Origin: Dimorphilus gyrociliatus
Taxonomy: Eukaryota > Animalia > Annelida
Length of the DNA stretch: 64,000 nucleotides
Direction: 5' to 3'
Assembly: GCA_904063045.1 (NCBI GenBank)
Contig: CAJFCJ010000001.1
Coordinates: forward strand, 2,852,001 to 2,916,000
Translations under genes and position numbers: made by a program
In this document: positions 26,316-38,565 of the stretch, piece by piece
Layout of the letters: each line of letters opens with the position of its first letter
Position numbering within the stretch: position 1 is the first letter of the stretch
The notes under the pieces: model-generated
What the model saw: only the letters and a program-made list of their open reading frames with translations
Told to the model about the DNA's origin: nothing
Database searches by the model: none

Positions 26316-27037
26316 AAACTGTATGATTGATTAATTGATTATTAATTTATTATACTTTGTTTTTAATTATCATAACATGATTTGTATATTGGTAAAAAAA
26401 TGATTTTTCATTAAAATACTCATGAATATTCAGTATGAAAGAAAAAACAAAAATTCAATAGAAATTCTACTTATCTACTGAGTTTAAGAGAAAAGAAAAA
26501 TGGAATGAAAGACTCATTTACTTTCACAAGAACTCTCCTTTTGTATTATTCTATAAAGAAATGTTAATTTATTGTATAAAGTGATGGATGTAATTTATGG
26601 CGTTTATGTTAAATTATTTCATTATCAATGTTAAAAAAAAGAGACTAAAATAACAAGAAACACACTGCCATTTATCGTATATCCATCTAATATATTCATT
26701 TATTAATAAATAAAAGATGATAGAAAGAAAGTAAAAAAGATAAAAAAAGAGTATCATAAATAAAAGATGTAAATCAAATACTTAAAAGAATTATTGAGTA
26801 TACTTGAATATAGTTTATACATAAATAGTATATAAATATATACAATATATGTCTTTATTAAACTTGTATGTTTGTTTATTTTCTAATTAAAATATTCAAT
26901 AAAAGAGATGCGAAAAAGAATAAAGATATAAAGTCTTTTATTATTTCTTAATAATTAGTTCAAAATATTCTTTTATTATTAAATAAATAATTATATTAAA
27001 TTAGATAGGGTGATACAAATTGTACAATTTCTTCATC

Positions 27038-30000
27038 TTATTCGTTATTATAGAATGCCATGTCCGATTGACCAGTATTGTCGCTAAAATGAACATGGTT
27101 GTGATGCTGTTGTGACTCGTCCATATGGTCCTTTTTTATAAACAAATTAATTGTTAAATTACTATTCATATAATCAAATAAATAAGTAATAATAATAAGG
27201 TGATCTTAAACGTTATCTCATTTGACAATAATAATAAAAAACAGTGATTTAACAGCAGAAAAGAAAACCGCTAAATTGAGAAAGATAGTACAAATAACTA
27301 TAGTAAAACGGTAATAGTTTATTGTGTTTTGCTTTTTATTCCTTGACTTTTAAAACATTGTTTTGGTGTTTTTACTTACTCTTCATCTATTACATAATCG
27401 GTTCCTACAATATATTCGTTTTGTAGTGAATATATTATATTCTTTGTTTAAAATGGTATTCCTTCTATTATTAACATTCGATAATTACCTGATTCAATTT
27501 CTTGAATTCTACCACTTGATTTAATACATATTCTAATATGTTCTTGGCGCTTCTTCTCTCCAAAGGTAAAACTTGAGTTACTCCTAAGATTTCTCCGCAT
27601 TCTCTTACGTAATATTCAAGATCTTCTTCTCCGCCTATAGGAAAAATATAAGTATATATATATTGCGTTCTAATTAATTTAATTCAATTACATTTATTTG
27701 TCACTTGAGCTAGACGGACTTTATCTGTTGAAAATTGTTCATCCAAATCGAACAAATCAAGATTTGGCGGAACTGGTTCGCGAAATTGTGGATGATAAAC
27801 AGCAGGATTTAGTGGTGGTAGAGGAGTCTCAAATTGTGGAGTTATCAGACTTAAAGCCTCGTGCTTCGTATTCAATTCTTTATAGGCTCTAGTATAAGAT
27901 GCAAATATTCAATATTCAATTAATTATTAGAAATAATATATTACCGAATTGTTTTGGGTACCAATGACGTATCCAAAGAGAAGAGGGTTTTATCAAAAAG
28001 TGTGGTAATATCTCTTGGAATATCTTCGGTTTCTTGAAGGCACGCTTTTACTTGATCTCCAAGTATTGTTGTATCTGGTTGTTGATTATAATCGCTTATT
28101 TCAGGATCCTCGGCGTCTATGTTGTTCAAGACAACTTCGTCGGTAGTCAAGTAATTTATTATCACGTCCTAAAAAGAAAAAAAGCTCTTGGTTAAATATA
28201 TTGAGAATTGAACGAAAGTGTTATATTACAAGTATCTTTGCGTTTTCTTCCTTTTCCAGATACTGATCCGTAAACATATGTACAGAGCCGAGAACAGCAA
28301 TCTTTCCTTTTCCATTTTTACCAGGATAGAAGGCACAGACCGGCCTATTTAAAGGAAATGTAACGCTTCCCGAACTTAGTACAGCATGAGAAGGTTTTAT
28401 TACGTTTAGAGTCGATCCATAGGGATAAACAAACGATAGAGCTCTAGAAATGATAGAAAAACAACATATTAAAAATTAAACCTACTAATAAACAATAACA
28501 CAATTGATTAGCTCTAGAATGAGCAACTAGCATTATTAGCAATAATAAACATTCTAATACATTTCTATACAATTTAAAATTTAGTTATTAGCAAATGTGA
28601 CGAAGTCATCATAGATTATCTTTTATAATCTAATAAAATATTATTAATTTATAACTAATGAGATTATTGCGATAATCTATGATAAACAGTTTAAAGCTAT
28701 TATGAGCATTTTTATATTTTGTTAGTACTGTATATATCCTATTCAAAAAAACAATTCTGATATTACTACTAATAGTAGTAATAATAATAATATAATACAA
28801 GAAAAGCTTCTATTTAAAGCACTTGAATGATTTGTTTGTTTGTTTGTTTTTTAAAAGCTTCGGTGACATAAAAAAGGCTAAATACTTATGAAAAATTTCA
28901 TCCAATTCAAAATCAGCTAAATTTGCACCCTTTTTTTTTCTAGATTTTTGCCTAAAAATTGATTTTGTTTGTTTGTTTGTTTATTTATTTGTTTGTTTTG
29001 TAAGATAAAACTATAAGAGTATTATTTTATGTATTAATTATATCCGTTGTTAAAATAAATAAAGGAATACCGTTATGAATGGACTTACTGTGAATTATTA
29101 CTCTCATCGTCAGCTGATATTGCTTTTCCAGCTGCCTGACTTATTGCTCTGTTCAATATTCCATTTGAAACGAGAGCTTCTTTAGGATGATAATATTTGT
29201 AATAATGTGTCCTTACAACTGCATCTATTACGTAATAGTTTATTAGTTTAGAGTCGTATTCTTAAAGATTAATAAGAATATTGAATATAATATTTACCAT
29301 TATTCACCATAATGCCGAATTCTTCTAGAAAGAAATTAATATTTGTTTCCAATTTGGTTTCTCCTCCTTCCGTCATTAAGACTAATATACTTCCTCCACC
29401 GTTTATATACGATTTTAAGGCATCAAACTAATAGAGACAAAAATTACTAATTTTTCTTCCGTCTTTTTTATAGATATATTGTTTATTGTAATAAGGAATG
29501 TTTACCTCTGTCATTGAGAACTTATCCCTAGGTGCTGGAATAATTAAAAGTTTTCCATCTCTTAATCGATTCTCTTGTAAATCTTCCCGATTTCTGTATA
29601 TAGTGTTATGTAATGTAAATTATTCTTTTAATATTTTTTTGTTATAATTAGACAAATGACTTACGCAACGAGTTTCCAATTACTCCTTAGCTTTTTGTTC
29701 AAATTCTTCAAACCACTCTGTAACGAGAACATTTCTCGTTTCGATTGATTAACGATGATCGTTTTAGAGTTGACTCTCTCATCTTGAATCTATTAAACAG
29801 AACGATTATGCTTTGTATTTGCAAATTTTTAGCTTGCCAAACTGAAATATGCCGATCGAAAATAAAGAGCCGTACGATTTAACTTAACAACGGAATAGTT
29901 TATGAAATCTAGCTAAATATCTTAAAATTTTTATATGATTTTCTTCAGATAAACTTTATTTTAATTTTTTGTATTATTTCGAACTAACGATTTACAATGA

Positions 30001-30059
30001 CATTAATAATTTTTATATAAATATCATAATTTTTCAAATACCTCTGTTGTCGGCGCCAT
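27038..30059 (-). CDS. IFT52: Intraflagellar transport protein 52
   Basis: MAPTTE| then KTIIVNQSKREMFSLQSGLKNLNKKLRSNWK; LITPQFETPLPPLNPAVYHPQFREPVPPNLDLFDLDEQFS; VVEFKKLNQ; last exon 27130-27038 ending SDMAFYNNE*. Confidence 0.96.
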
Positions 30060-30489
30060 GATGATAGAAATATGTGAATATTCGATATTCTAAGAGTAAT
30101 TTTCTCGAAGTTTGAACGCTTTAATAAAGATGAAAAAAAAAAGAAAAATTTATTATTTTTTGAAAGGGGAGAAAAATATATTTTTTGAAGGAAATGTCAA
30201 CTCGAGAATATTTATATATCAGAATTACGCTATGACAATTATCGCTCCGATAAACATGCTAGTGTCCGCACTTTGACATCACCTGTCGTGCTAATCGCCC
30301 GTAGATAGGCTGTTAAAAAATCAACGAGTAAACCAAGGTAAAACGAAATTGATTTAATTGCGCAAAATATTTGTCGATATAATAAATGGAGTTGACACGT
30401 CAAGAACGAACTAATAGAGGCTTATAGAGGATATTGTTCTATTATAGTATTTTTGTTGTATAATTTCTTTTCAGACAATATTAATACTT

Positions 30490-31460
30490 ATGCTGAAATC
30501 TTTCTTCAGTACTTTGTACACTGTCTCGAGAAAAATGTATAAACCTCATGTTATTTTCGTTTTGGGAGGACCGGGAGCAGGCAAGGGAACACAATGTGAA
30601 AAAATAACGAATGTAAGCTATTATCCTTTTCATTTCACAATGATAACTGGCTTTAAAAGCTCCTATTCAATTATTACTCTTGTAGACTTACGGATATACT
30701 CATCTATCTGCCGGAGAACTCCTTAGACAGGAGAGAGCATCAGGATCACAGGAAAGTGATATCATTGAACAATACATACGACAAGGTCAAATTGTTCCTG
30801 TCGAAATTACCATCAGTCTCTTAGAGAAAGTACGTTTTTCTCTTAATTAGTTAATTGCTAATTATTTAAAAAGCGATATCATGAAAAAAAAGGCAATGAT
30901 TAATACCAAGAAGAACAATCCTAATAATCGTGGTTTCCTTATTGACGGATTTCCCAGAAACCAGAACAATTTGGATGGATGGAATGATAAAATGGACGGA
31001 AAAGCTGTAGTGGAAGGTGTACTTTTTTTCGAAGCAAGTGACGACGTAAGTTATTCTAATGGCATGTGTTTATTTATTGATATATGCGTTTTATTTTATT
31101 TTATTTTATTTTTTTTGACACGTATTTTACAACTAATTGTTTAATTTTTCATAGATCTGCGTCAACCGTTGTCTAACAAGAGGCCAATCGAGTGGTCGAA
31201 GTGACGATAACCTTGAAAGCTTAAAGAAACGTTTGAAAACATATCACGAATCAACAATGCCTATCTTGGAGAAATTCAAGGAGCAAAATCTTCTACACAG
31301 AATCGATGCCACACCTGGACCAGATGAGGTATGTCAATAATCTATTAAATTCCTTTCAAAACCAACTCACAATCAATACCCTTTTTTCACCCTAATTTCA
31401 ATTCAGGTGTTCTCAGCGGTTCAGGGAGCTTTTGGAATTATAGGAGTGAATCCTGCATAA
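30490..31460 (+). CDS. CMPK1: UMP-CMP kinase
   Basis: [58 protein letters not shown]; four short introns. Confidence 0.96.
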
Positions 31461-31663
31461 CTCTAACCCATAACACGTCGAAATTGTCTTCGTTTCTCCT
31501 TCAATCTATATGATTTTCAGCTCAGCTGTGCTTTTGTGATTGTGCTATTTTTAAGCAATTAAAATATAGGGCGTATAACAGGAATTCAAAAGAGTCTTTT
31601 TTTTGTGTAAAAATACATCGATAGATGGCGACTACCTAACGTTAGGTGGCGTTAGGAAATAAC

Positions 31664-31676
31664 GTAGCATAGCAAC
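31664..31676 (+). promoter_or_regulatory. RFX X-box-like element GTAGCATAGCAAC
   Basis: 25 nt upstream of the strong-context ATG gccATGG at 31702. Confidence 0.55.
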
Positions 31677-31701
31677 GTATTCAAACTAACTACACGCAGC
31701 C

Positions 31702-33255
31702 ATGGATAATAAAGTAAGCTTATTAATTTTAATAATTGTCGATATATTCCAACTAACAACTACTGCTTTCATAAACAAAAGCATTTGTAATGATTTACTT
31801 TTAAATTTGTATTCATTTTTGCTTTGGAGAAAATTAGTAAAGAATTTTTGTTCACCTCTTTATTCGTTATAGTTTTTTTAAATGAACTTCATATTCTTGA
31901 GAATGAAACCAAAGTAAGCCAACTATTAGAGTTTATATAACGTCATAAAACATTATCACTTATTTTCTTCATACTTTAGAGTTGTTTCAATTCTTTCGAC
32001 CCCTATAGGGCAAATTTGCCTACTAATCGATCTTTTGAGGGCGCCAAATTAGCTATACAACCGCAATTTAACTATTTAATCATTCCCACTTTAGGAAAAG
32101 GAGAGTGACAAATTCGGTGTACTCGTACTTATTAGAATCAGTACCTGCTACGCTTTGGATGGACGAAATACTCTTGTTCAGCAGAAAAGTGTTATTAGAA
32201 ATTACCATGGTAAGATTTTGGGATTGGCCAAGGACTTTGAATTGATTGAAGATCCTGAAAAAAAGTGGGGAGATGGAAGAACATTGATCGTTCTACATTT
32301 TCCATCTTGGGAATACGCCAAGATGTGGTAAGAACTTTTAGTTTCTATAAAATTTATAGTTGTTCAATTGGTTATCTTAGCTTTTTATATATATATATTG
32401 TATTGTGTATTTCTTTATTTCTTTTCTTTATATTTCTATTTTTGTTCTACGATTATCTATCGATTTTCCTCACACACCTTATGCCTGTTTAGGAAGGACT
32501 GCACCCCTGATATGAAGCAACCCGATTGGTTGGGAGGAGTTGATATTGTAGTTGTCCCCTTAAGAACCTCTCTAGATGGTAATCAAACCTTCTTTGTCTC
32601 CGATATTTCTGTATACGATCTAGACGGCTTTAATGCCTGCTACATTCAAACTATTGCCGACCAACTGAAGTCAGCTGGTGCCAATACTGTTGTTGGTACT
32701 GATAGGTTAGTAGATATATTATTTACCTCTCTCTTTCCATACATATATACTGTATTTATAAATATATATATATATGTATACTAATAAATAGATCCCTCAG
32801 TTGTTCTCCACTTAGATTTTATATTCGTTTTATTGAAAATTTCAATAACATTTGATCGATTTATTGAAAAGTGTCAAAAGAACTTGATAAGAATGATCGT
32901 TTTAAGCTTTTTTTCGTATTTTCATTTTTCTATTATTAATATTGTTTGCATTACGCATATGTAAACGAACTCCTTATTCTTAAACAAACTTTACTATTAT
33001 TAAACAGTTACCTTAATTTTCATTAGACCTAAAACTATATTATACTTAATATTATCATAATTTTTCAATAGAAATGAAAAGTATAGAGGCTTATGGGACA
33101 GTGGTTATATTCTCATGACGCAATGGCAATGTGGAAAAGCTTTCACAGAATGGTACAATTCTGAAAATTATCAAAAGTGTCTGCAAGAGAGATCAGTTTA
33201 TGGTTGCGCCACATCATTCTGTTTCCGTCTTGAACGTTTGGATCAATGCCATTAG
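31702..33255 (+). CDS. Tandem DUF1330-like (dimeric alpha/beta barrel) protein
   Basis: Exons 31702-31713 (MDNK), possibly 31980-32009, 32095-32330, about 32492-32704, about 33072-33255. Repeat 1: VIRNYHGKILG..FELIEDPEKKWGDGRTLIVLHFPSWEYAKMW. Repeat 2: EKYRGLWDSGYILMTQWQCGKAFTEWYNSENYQKCLQER. Both match the DUF1330 pattern YGG..EG.W....v.ieFPs.e.A..Wy.S.eYq...R from memory. Confidence 0.75.
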
Positions 33256-33656
33256 ATTAAAATAAGAAAAAGAAAAAAAAAGAACAGACTCTTACATTTT
33301 CTATAGTAAAACTCTAAAAACTTTCGCTTTTGTCTTTTTTTGTCGTATTATTACTGCATTTCATTCAATTTTCAACTTTTTTTTCAACTAAAACTTAATA
33401 GATTATTGTGGCGTCTAAACATTTTATTCAATAAAAAAACACACACAAAAATCCAGTCTCCCGTATACTTACTCTCTTACACGCATTATGTACTATTAAA
33501 TCCAAGCTTTTAGCTGTTAAATTAAAGCTGCTTGTCGCATTTTCATCAACATTTTCCCGCCATAGCAGGGGGCGACACATGTTACAAGAATCACATGACC
33601 AACTGCTGGTCACATGAACTTTTTATTCTTAGTCAGTACAAAAAGAAACAATAACA

Positions 33657-34761
33657 ATGAAAAGATTTTTCATTTTAGCATTATTTTATCTCCTACCCGA
33701 CCAGATCATCTATGCAGAATCAAATAGCTCATTTAACTACATAGTACTTGGCGATTGGGGAGGATTACCTTTCTATCCTTATAAAACGTATATCGAAACA
33801 GCAACTGCAAAGAGGATTGGTATTGTTGCCGAAACACTGAACAGTAAACTTTTACTTGCACTGGGTGATAATTTTTATTTCGACGGTGTTAAAGATATCA
33901 ACGATAAGAGATTTTTTGACACGTATGAAAACGTTTTTACAGCTCCTGCTTTAAAGGTTCCATATTTAAATGATTAATTCAATTACTTAGTCCTATAAGA
34001 ATATTAAATTTATCAATTATTATAGAAATCCAAATGGTACGTTATTGCCGGAAATCATGATCATTACGGAAATATATCTGCTCAAATTTTATATACTAAC
34101 CGGTCAAATAGCTGGTATTTTCCACATTACTATTACACTCAAAGTCATAACATTCCATTTTCGAAGAAAACTGTCCAATTTGTTATGATAGATACAATTC
34201 TATTGTGTGGTAATACAGGCTATGATATTCTTTGTAAGTAAAGAGAACAATAGCAATATTTATTAACAAGTTGATTGTTAATATTTAGATGATCAACCCA
34301 AGAATGTAGATAATAAAAAAGCTAAGGTTCAACTTGATTGGATTGAGAATGAATTGAAAAAGAGTACTGCTGATTATTTAATTGTATCAGGACATTTTCC
34401 AATGTATTCAATTGCTGAACATGGACCTACTAAATGCCTCATTGATAAATTAGAACCTTTATTTATAAAATACCAAGTTTCAGCTTACTTTTGTGGTCAT
34501 GATCATAATTTGCAACACTTAAGAGTTGGAAACATCGATTATTTATTATCGGGGGCTTCAAACTTTATTGATACAGGTACTCAACATAAAGACTCAGTTC
34601 CTAATGGAAGTTTGAAATTTCATTGGGCCGATCAATTCGCCTTAGGTGGATTTGGTATTGTTCAAACTAATAAAGAGGAAATGAAGTGGTCGTTTTTAAC
34701 TGCTGCAGGACAACTGCTTTATTCGACAAACATTAAGCCTAGAAATAGAGGAAAATTTTAA
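33657..34761 (+). CDS. ACP5: Tartrate-resistant (purple) acid phosphatase type 5
   Basis: Signal peptide; metal-ligand motifs GDWG, LGDNFY, AGNHDH, GHFP, GHDHN all present. Confidence 0.95.
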
Positions 34762-35023
34762 ATTGCAAATATTCCATATCCCACTATAACAGGACTATGC
34801 AAACTATCAACACTTATCGGAACAACTTTTTTGCAGTTCTTGCTTATCTTGATAATTGTTTGATAAAGTGTAACTCATGAGTGTTAAGTATTTACTCGTG
34901 CAGAAAGAATAAACGTGATTTTTATTGTATAAAAATTAATATAACTTTCGAGTGTTATATAACTCTGTGGTATTAAACTACTCAACAATCTGAAAAATTC
35001 CGGATTATCGCTCTGTTGAAGAA

Positions 35024-36339
35024 ATGAACATTTTGAATATTTTTTGGGTTTATCCCATAGCTAAATGGATACTTCGAAAATTTCGTAGATTATTAGATCC
35101 TATTATTCGTCCAATAATAAATTTGATGAATAAAAGTGCCAGAGGTGCTGTAGTTCTCAGCTTGATGATATTTATAGTTTGTGGTTTATCTATCTTTTTG
35201 TACGCTGCATTCTACTATTCTGTAATGCCGGCTGCTATTCATTCCCGTGATGTTAATTTCGTTTTTAGGTAAGTGTTATATCCTGTAACTATTGCATTTG
35301 TTAAATAGCATATTAACTTCTGATGACAAGCTTTCATTAAGAAAACATTTATATCAAAGATTCTTAAATCTTTTTCATGTCATAGTTCAAACTGCGACAC
35401 CGACACAAGAACTTGTGGCTTTCCCCAAGCTAATTTTAGTCTCATGGACGATTACGGAGCCGTAAGTTATCATATTTAAGATAATATTCCAATAAAAAAA
35501 TGTATTAAACCTACATTTTGTCCTTTCAACAATAGCTGTTATCTAGGGGTCAGGCTTATAAAGTCAGCTTAGACCTAGCTCTACCAGAATCTCCCGTCAA
35601 TCAAAATTTAGGTTGCGTCTTGAAAATTGTTCACATAGAATAGATTTATTAACAAATCAATTTCTTTTCTATCGTAGGGATGTTTATAGTTCATATTCAA
35701 TTCTATACATTGAATGGTCAAGTTGTAAGAGCTACTAGCCGTTCAGTAAGTAAAATCCTTGTTCAATTAAGCTCATTTTAAAAGAATAATTCATTTCCAT
35801 TAGGCTATTTTGAAATATAAATCGTATATTGTTCGAACTGTGGAGACAATATTACGTTTACCATTCTTCATATTATGGTATGGAGAGGAGCAGCAAACAA
35901 TGCACGTTGTATTATTCGAACACTTTAGGGAAGATCCGTACAAGCAATCTTACGGTGTTTTTATAGAACTACAGAATAAATTTGTTGAAGTATATTCTGC
36001 TAAACTCAAAATTGCAGCGCAATTTAGTGGATTGAGGTTTGTTTCTTTTTTATCATTTATCAAATTATCTTTATATATTCATTTCTCTAATTTCTCTTTC
36101 ATAGATATATCTTGTATAAATGGCCATTTGTAAGTTTGTTGCTGGGCGTCTCAACTAACATGTTCTTTATTAGTTTTGTTATGTTGATTTCTTATTTGAA
36201 ATTATCTTCCTCGTCGAGTTCGGATAGAAATGTTAAAGTAATTGATGAGGACGAAGAAGACGAGTATTTTATGGAAGAGAATAAAGATGAATACGTCAAA
36301 GAAAAGAAGAATAAAGTTGGAAAAGTAAAAGTGAACTGA
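35024..36339 (+). CDS. BSCL2: Seipin
   Basis: TM1 SIFLYAAFYYSVMP, CGFPQANFSL, LPESPVNQNLGMF, LKYKS, YSAKLKIAAQFSGLRYILYKWP, TM2, acidic tail. Confidence 0.95.
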
Positions 36340-36756
36340 TTAAAAGATATTGTAAAATAAGAAAAAATAATTGTTTAAAGCATTTGGTTTAAAAAGAAAT
36401 AATAATAAAAGAGTCATCTACTATTTTTGATAAATTTTGAACAAACTTCAAAGAAGATTCGTGTTTTATGAACGTTTGAAGAGAATATATATAAATTTTA
36501 TATATATTTCGTAATTTGCCGCCATTTTAGTTAGACTAAAGCATGGAGTCCTGTCCGAAAGCTGATCATTTTTTTTCAATATTGAGTCCATAACCATACT
36601 ATCGAGAAAAACATATCTGCCGTCCGCCAGCAGTTAACGTGTGTACATCAATAAATTAAAACTAATTGAACTCGATTAACAGAATTCATTTTACATCTGA
36701 TTAAATTGAATGAAGGCCAGTTCAGCTGATGATTAGCGTATGAATTTAATCTGGGA

Positions 36757-37883
36757 ATGGTAATTGTAGCTAGAGTTGAACGCTTTTTCACTAGAAAATT
36801 GACAATGAAAGCTCTATTTATTTTATATATCGCATCCACTTTTCTTGGGTTATTTTGGATAGGATTTAACTTTAGTAAGTTAATTTTCAGAAATCATTTT
36901 ATTCATATTTGAACTTTATATCAATACTATTTTTTATTAAATAGATAATAACGTACCTCAAAACTCTTCAAAAGAGGATATAGCCTTCCTAACTAAACGT
37001 TTAATAGAATTAGAAAAGAGTGAAGAACACCTTAAATCACTGATAAAATCAAAAGAGACAAACAATGAGGATTTACCAATCATATTTGTAGTAACACCTA
37101 CTCATAGTAGACTTGAACAAAAAGCTGAACTAACCAGACTTTGCCAATGCTTTATGCACGTGCCAAAACTGCATTGGATTGTTGTAGAGGATAGGGAATC
37201 TAGAAGTAGACTCGTTGAAAATTTCCTTTCAAAGTGTAAAGTTGTCTCAAGTCATTTATTCGTCAAAACTCCAGATGAAAGTGTTCTAAAAGCAAATGAA
37301 TCGAGGTGGAAAAAACCAAGAGGCGTTCAACAACGAAATGTAGCTTTAAGCTATTTAAGATTCGAACATTCCAGATCGAAGGGTGTTGTATTTTTTGCCG
37401 ATGACGATAACGTATACGACCTTGAATTATTTAATGAAATGAGACACACTCAGAAGGCTAGTGTATGGCCGGTTGGTTTGGTTGGAAAATTAAAGTACGA
37501 AACACCAGTATTGGACTCTCAAGGAAAGGTTATTTTTTGGAGAACTGCCTGGAAAGGTACTAGAAAATTTGCTCTAGATATGGCAGGATTTGCCGTTAAC
37601 CTAAAATTGATAACTGATAGTCCAAAAGTTCAATTTAGATCTGGTCGCTCAATTGGAATGTTGGAAACAAATTTTTTGTCAGATTTAAATTTGGAATTAT
37701 CAGATCTAGAACCAAAAGCTAATGGTTGTACTCAGGTATTTAAAAATAAATTATAACTTTATCTTTAATTAACAAAATTTTCTCAAAAAAAAGGTCCTTG
37801 TTTGGCACACAAGAACGGAAAAACCGGTTATAAAAAATGAAGGCAAAATGTTAAAAATTCCAGTAGATCAGAGAGAAGTGTAA
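36757..37883 (+). CDS. B3GAT3: Galactosylgalactosylxylosylprotein 3-beta-glucuronosyltransferase (GT43)
   Basis: Type II TM anchor exon; [69 protein letters not shown]. Could be a co-orthologue of B3GAT1/2/3. Confidence 0.9.
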
Positions 37884-38565
37884 AAAAAAACTCAACCAAT
37901 CAATTAAGTGACATCTGCTCATTTATAAACACAATTGTTTTTTTTTTTACCGATCCAGCTGAAATTGAAATTATTTTCAATAGTTTATCAAATTTTTTTC
38001 AATTGCTCAAATAGTTTTGATATTCTATTGTTCAGGAAAACAATTTCTTGAACTTTTTCTATACTTTCTTCTTTTTATTCTTAAATTCTAATCAAAAAAA
38101 CAAACAAAACATTTAATTGGTGAAAGTTTATCAAAAGTATTAAAAAGGCAAAATTTTATTTCTCAGATGAAAATGATAAGGTAAGAAATAATAACAGTTG
38201 CCCATCTTTATTACATTTGAAAATATATTCTTCATATGTGATGAGATAACTAATTAGTCAAAGTTATGTTTTACAAAGTTAAAGTAATTGAATATTATTT
38301 CTTATTGAATATATTAAAGAAAAATAGAAAATGAGACTTGAAGATATATAATACATATAATGTATACTTTCTTTTTTGAACAGCAATAATGATAATAAAC
38401 ATGACAATGATATTCAACAACAACAAAAAAGTATTCAATATTTTTTTATTGCCTAACTTGACCATAAGATTTTGAAAAGAATAAAGCATACTGCTAATTA
38501 GAAAAAAGGTAGTTTAAATGAGAAAAATTAGAAAGTAATTTTAACTAGCATCTTCCAAAATAGGT

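Noticed and set aside
30224-30240. X-box for IFT52 (TACGCTATGACAAT)
   Set aside because: Three mismatches to the consensus; only one half-site is good
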